From an uncultured Methanobacteriaceae archaeon (lineage in GTDB: Archaea > Methanobacteriota > Methanobacteria > Methanobacteriales > Methanobacteriaceae): 32,000 bases of DNA. Every line of letters starts with the position of its first letter. Position 1 is the first letter of the stretch. The notes below the pieces were generated by a model, which was not told the origin of the DNA, made no database searches, and saw only the letters and a list, made by a program, of their open reading frames with translations. The translations under genes were made by a program, and so were the position numbers. Positions 28,300 to 32,000 of the stretch are shown here, one piece after another. The stretch lies in contig CAVUAJ010000001.1 of NCBI GenBank assembly GCA_963739415.1, positions 247,420 to 279,419 of the forward strand, given 5' to 3'.

Positions 28300-30051
28300 A
28301 TGAAAGGCGGCGAAGCTATAATCAAATCATTGCAAGATCACGGAGTAGACGTAGTTTTCGGATATCCAGGAGGAGTCCTTCTTCCTTTATATGATGTTAT
28401 CTATGATTCTGACTTGAAACATATATTAGTAAGACATGAACAATGTGCTGCTCATGCAGCAGATGGTTATGCTCGAGCATCAGGAAAAGTTGGTGTATGC
28501 ATCGGTACGTCAGGTCCAGGAGCCACAAATCTTGTTACTGGAATTGCAACTGCTTATATGGATTCTTCACCAATAATAGCCATTGCTGGGCAGGTTGGAA
28601 CTAGTTTAATTGGTAATGATGCATTTCAAGAAGTAGACACTCTAGGAATAACTATGCCCATTACCAAACATAACTTCCAAGCCATGAAAGCAGAAGAAAT
28701 ACCAGGAATGATAAAAGCAGGCTTCTACATAGCCAAAACTGGCCGACCCGGCCCAATAGTTTTGGATCTTCCTAAAGATGTACAGGAGGAGGAATTAGAT
28801 TATAAAAAGGATCTAAAGATAGATCTACCAGGATACAAACCAACTAAAAAAGGTCATCCCTTACAAATAAAAAAAGCCGCAAATTTAATACTAGAATCAA
28901 AAAAACCAGTAATATTGGCAGGAGGCGGTGTAATCCACTCCAAATCTTCTGCAGAACTTTTAAAACTTTCAGAACTTATAGATGCACCTGTAACCACTAC
29001 CTTAATGGGTAAAGGATCCTTCCCTGAAGATCATAAATTATCTTTAGGTATGTTAGGAATGCACGGCAGAAAAGTTGCTAATGTTGTGGTAGATGAATGT
29101 GACTGCTTAATTGCCATAGGATGTCGTTTTTCGGATAGAACCACAGGTAATGTTGAAGAATTCGCGAGTAAAGCTAAAATAATCCATATTGATGTTGATC
29201 CTGCAGAAATTGGGAAGAATATTGATGTTAACGTACCTATAGTGGGTGACGCTAAAAACACGTTGCACAGTCTCATCAGAAACATTACTAATATAAAAAT
29301 GAATGCTGTAAATGTAACTAAAGATAAAAAATGGACAGATTATATCTTTGATTTTAAAAATAATTGTATGCCACGTCTTTCATTTGAAGATGTTCCCCTA
29401 AAACCACAGCAGGTAATAAAAGAAATAATGGAATCCATTGATAACGACACTATAGTTACCACCGATGTAGGTCAAAATCAGATGTGGATGGCCCATTACT
29501 TTACATCAAAAATTCCCAGAACTTTTTTATCATCTGGAGGGCTGGGAACTATGGGTTTTGGATTTCCAGCAGCCATGGGAGCTAAAGTTGCATTACCGGA
29601 AAGTGACGTGGTTTCAGTATGTGGAGATGGGGGATTCCTGATGGTCTGCCAAGAACTAGCTACAATAAAAGAATACGATATACCAATAGTGGTCTGTGTT
29701 TTAGATAACCGCTACTTGGGAATGGTAGCCCAATGGCAAAAACTCTTTTATGATGGTAGAATATCTCACACTCGCCTAGGAGATGCACCTGACTTTGTTA
29801 AATTAGCAGAAGCCTTTGGAGTTAAAGGTGAGACTGTGGAAAGACCTGGTGAGATGAAGGAAACTCTAAAAAATGCTTTAAATTCTGGAGAACCCACTAT
29901 TATTGATGTTATCATTGATCCAGATGAAATTTTGCCGATGGTACCTCCAGGATGTGGACTTACCGAGATAGTAGGAGAATATAAAGTTGAAAGGGAATCT
30001 CCAGGTGAGATACCCTATGTTAAACCTGCCCATGGAGCCGGGGGTGATTGA
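28300..30051 (+). CDS. ilvB: acetolactate synthase large subunit (ThDP-dependent)
   Basis: GYPGGVLLPLYD, HEQCAAHAADGYARASGK, GPGATNLVTG, and the ThDP motif GDGGFLM..N. 583 aa, followed directly by ilvN. Confidence 0.92.
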   Translation: MKGGEAIIKSLQDHGVDVVFGYPGGVLLPLYDVIYDSDLKHILVRHEQCAAHAADGYARASGKVGVCIGTSGPGATNLVTGIATAYMDSSPIIAIAGQVGTSLIGNDAFQEVDTLGITMPITKHNFQAMKAEEIPGMIKAGFYIAKTGRPGPIVLDLPKDVQEEELDYKKDLKIDLPGYKPTKKGHPLQIKKAANLILESKKPVILAGGGVIHSKSSAELLKLSELIDAPVTTTLMGKGSFPEDHKLSLGMLGMHGRKVANVVVDECDCLIAIGCRFSDRTTGNVEEFASKAKIIHIDVDPAEIGKNIDVNVPIVGDAKNTLHSLIRNITNIKMNAVNVTKDKKWTDYIFDFKNNCMPRLSFEDVPLKPQQVIKEIMESIDNDTIVTTDVGQNQMWMAHYFTSKIPRTFLSSGGLGTMGFGFPAAMGAKVALPESDVVSVCGDGGFLMVCQELATIKEYDIPIVVCVLDNRYLGMVAQWQKLFYDGRISHTRLGDAPDFVKLAEAFGVKGETVERPGEMKETLKNALNSGEPTIIDVIIDPDEILPMVPPGCGLTEIVGEYKVERESPGEIPYVKPAHGAGGD

Positions 30052-30052
30052 T

Positions 30053-30553
30053 ATGGATGAACAGCGTAGCCATATAATAATGCTTTTGGTATTGCATAGG
30101 CCGGGGGTTTTACAACGAGTAGCGGGTCTTTTTACTAGAAGGGGTTTTAACATAGAAACTATTACAGTAGGAACTTCGGAACAGGATGATATGGCTCGGA
30201 TGACCATAATTTCACGGGGAGATGAAAGAGTCTTAGAGCAGATAACTAAACAACTGAATAAACTAATTGATGTCGTCAAAGTACGAGATTTAGAGCCAGA
30301 TAATACAGTAGAACGAGAATTATGCTTAATCAAAGTGCATGCTCCTGCAGAGCATGTAAGATCTGAAGTTATACAATACGCCAATATTTTCAGGGGTAGA
30401 ATAATAGATGTTGGTATAGAGACGCTTACAGTAGAGATAACGGGAACACCGGATAAAATAGAAGCTCTTATAGATTTGTTGAGAGTATTTGGAATCAAAG
30501 AAATTGCAAGAACAGGCCCCACAGCTATTTCTAGAGGAACTAAAATTATTTGA
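30053..30553 (+). CDS. ilvN: acetolactate synthase small (regulatory) subunit
   Basis: The ACT domain HIIMLLVLHRPGVLQRVAGLFTRRGFNIETITVG begins at ATG 30053, 1 nt after the ilvB TGA. The track start at 29987 overlaps ilvB and is unlikely. Confidence 0.9.
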   Translation: MDEQRSHIIMLLVLHRPGVLQRVAGLFTRRGFNIETITVGTSEQDDMARMTIISRGDERVLEQITKQLNKLIDVVKVRDLEPDNTVERELCLIKVHAPAEHVRSEVIQYANIFRGRIIDVGIETLTVEITGTPDKIEALIDLLRVFGIKEIARTGPTAISRGTKII

Positions 30554-30627
30554 CATTCTTTTAGATGATATTAAAAAACATTAAAAAAAATTGATTACTA
30601 AAGAAAAATTTAATGGAGTAAAATAAT

Positions 30628-31608
30628 ATGTATTATGAAAATGATGTGAATATGAAAATATTGAAGAATAAAATCATTGGTGTAATAGGATATGGAAGCC
30701 AAGGAATGGCTCAAGCTAGGAACATGGCGGATAGTGGATTGAACGTAGTAGTTGGATTAAGAAAAGATGGTGCCTCATGGAATGCTGCTAAAAATGATGA
30801 GATGAATGTTTTATCTGTTGAAGATGCTGCCAAAGAAGCAGACATAATACATATACTTATACCTGATGAAATTCAGTCCAAAGTCTATCATGATTCAATC
30901 AAAGATGGATTAGAGGAAAGTAACACTTTATCATTTTCACATGGTTATAACATTCACTATGGATACATTAAACCACCGGAAAACATTAACATCACCATGA
31001 TAGCTCCTAAAGGGCCAGGAGCAATGGTTAGACAAACTTATGTTGAGGGTTTCGGTATACCCGGATTAGTTGCAGTAGAACAGGATTTCACCAAAAATGC
31101 CCTTGATATAGCCCTTGCTATGGGGCAAGGATGTGGACTTACCCGTGCCGGAGTACTGGAGACAACTTTTAAAGAAGAAACCGAAACCGATCTTTTCGGA
31201 GAGCAAGCTGTACTATGTGGAGGAGTAACAGAGCTCATAAAAGCAGGATTTGAAACGCTAGTTGATGCAGGATATCAGCCCGAGTTAGCATATTTTGAGA
31301 CTTGTCATGAATTAAAACTCATAATAGACTTGATCTATAATAATGGATTCGCAGGTATGTGGGATAATGTAAGTAACACCGCTGAATTTGGTGGATTGAG
31401 TAGACGGGAGAGAGTAATAAATCCGGAAGCTAAAAATGAGATGAAAAAGATTCTGATCGAGATCCAACAGGGAAAATTCGCTACGGAATGGGCTTTAGAA
31501 AATCAGGCTGGTAAACCTATGTTTAATCGTTTAAGAGATATTGAAGGAGATCTATTAATTGAAAAAGTTGGCGCAAAGTTAAGAAAACTGTGTGGACTCC
31601 AAAAATAA
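30628..31608 (+). CDS. ilvC: ketol-acid reductoisomerase (class I)
   Basis: [16 protein letters not shown] Rossmann motif, then [28 protein letters not shown]. 326 aa. Confidence 0.92.
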   Translation: MYYENDVNMKILKNKIIGVIGYGSQGMAQARNMADSGLNVVVGLRKDGASWNAAKNDEMNVLSVEDAAKEADIIHILIPDEIQSKVYHDSIKDGLEESNTLSFSHGYNIHYGYIKPPENINITMIAPKGPGAMVRQTYVEGFGIPGLVAVEQDFTKNALDIALAMGQGCGLTRAGVLETTFKEETETDLFGEQAVLCGGVTELIKAGFETLVDAGYQPELAYFETCHELKLIIDLIYNNGFAGMWDNVSNTAEFGGLSRRERVINPEAKNEMKKILIEIQQGKFATEWALENQAGKPMFNRLRDIEGDLLIEKVGAKLRKLCGLQK

Positions 31609-31659
31609 TTCTTTAATGTCAAAAAAAAACCTGTTTTCATATGATATGAGAGAGGAATT

Positions 31660-32000
31660 ATGGTTTTCGTAGGTATGGATCATGGAACTACTGGAATTTC
31701 ATTTACTATATTGAGCAAAGAAATGATCCATTTTAAAATTGGTCGGGAAGAACTTTCAACTAAAAAAGTATCAGCAATTAAAGAACTTTCAAAGAGAGTT
31801 AATATTGATGATATAAAGCTTATGGCTATAACTTATGCTATGGGTGATGGAATAAGTGCCATTACTCCGCTGGAAATGGTGAAGAATCGAGGAGTAATAT
31901 CTTTAAGCGGTGCTGGTAAAGTTACTGGCGGCGGGACCGCTGTTTACGATGAAATAAATGATTCCTGCATTCCCACAGTTTTAATTCCCGGAATCCATAA
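31660..32000 (+). CDS. methanogenesis marker protein 12-like (UPF0285, ASKHA fold), N-terminal part; runs off the window
   Basis: Not in the track because it is truncated. My own translation from ATG 31660 (GAGAGAGG RBS) gives MVFVGMDHGTTGISFTIL..ITYAMGDGISAITPL..LSGAGKVTGGGTAVYDE..IPGIH. The family call is from memory. Confidence 0.55.
   Translation, partial: MVFVGMDHGTTGISFTILSKEMIHFKIGREELSTKKVSAIKELSKRVNIDDIKLMAITYAMGDGISAITPLEMVKNRGVISLSGAGKVTGGGTAVYDEINDSCIPTVLIPGIH

Noticed and set aside
29878-30522. 214-aa minus-strand ORF, the longest unexplained ORF in the track
   Set aside because: It lies entirely antisense to the well-supported ilvB 3' end and ilvN. Its translation is S/T/I-rich low complexity with no motifs and no RBS. 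It is a typical shadow ORF.

Overview
AT-rich euryarchaeal chromosome segment, most likely from a member of the Methanobacteriales. The taxon call rests on the methanogen genes mtd, fae-hps and a methanogenesis-marker-12-like gene, a protein with pseudomurein-binding repeats, and an archaeal-type ThrRS. Most of the window is housekeeping: a LeuA/CimA-family synthase (truncated at the window start), trpB2, fae-hps, hisB, mtd, a CbiA/CfbB amidotransferase, thrS, ilvD, signal peptidase I, argS, purD, ilvB-ilvN-ilvC. No tRNA, rRNA or CRISPR array was seen. The main finding is a two-gene operon on the minus strand. It encodes a bacterial Soj-like ParA ATPase, translationally coupled to a 141-aa protein. 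That protein has a ParB-type N-terminal LGKGLDAL peptide, an acidic linker and a possible ribbon-helix-helix C-terminus. The operon is bracketed on both sides by phased arrays of a 7-bp repeat (TTATAAG), and a third, longer array lies about 7 kb away between a ModE-like regulator and a ferredoxin-hisB pair. I interpret this as a candidate chromosomal partition cassette with heptad-array centromere/operator sites; this has not been tested. Other points: paired TGTACA (TRP-box-like) sites upstream of trpB2, a decayed tyrosine-integrase remnant, a perfect 3x21-bp coding tandem repeat, an orphan DNA-repair-type radical SAM/HhH gene, a duplicated HD-domain protein, and a membrane polymerase-like gene whose N-terminal helix lies upstream of any canonical start codon.
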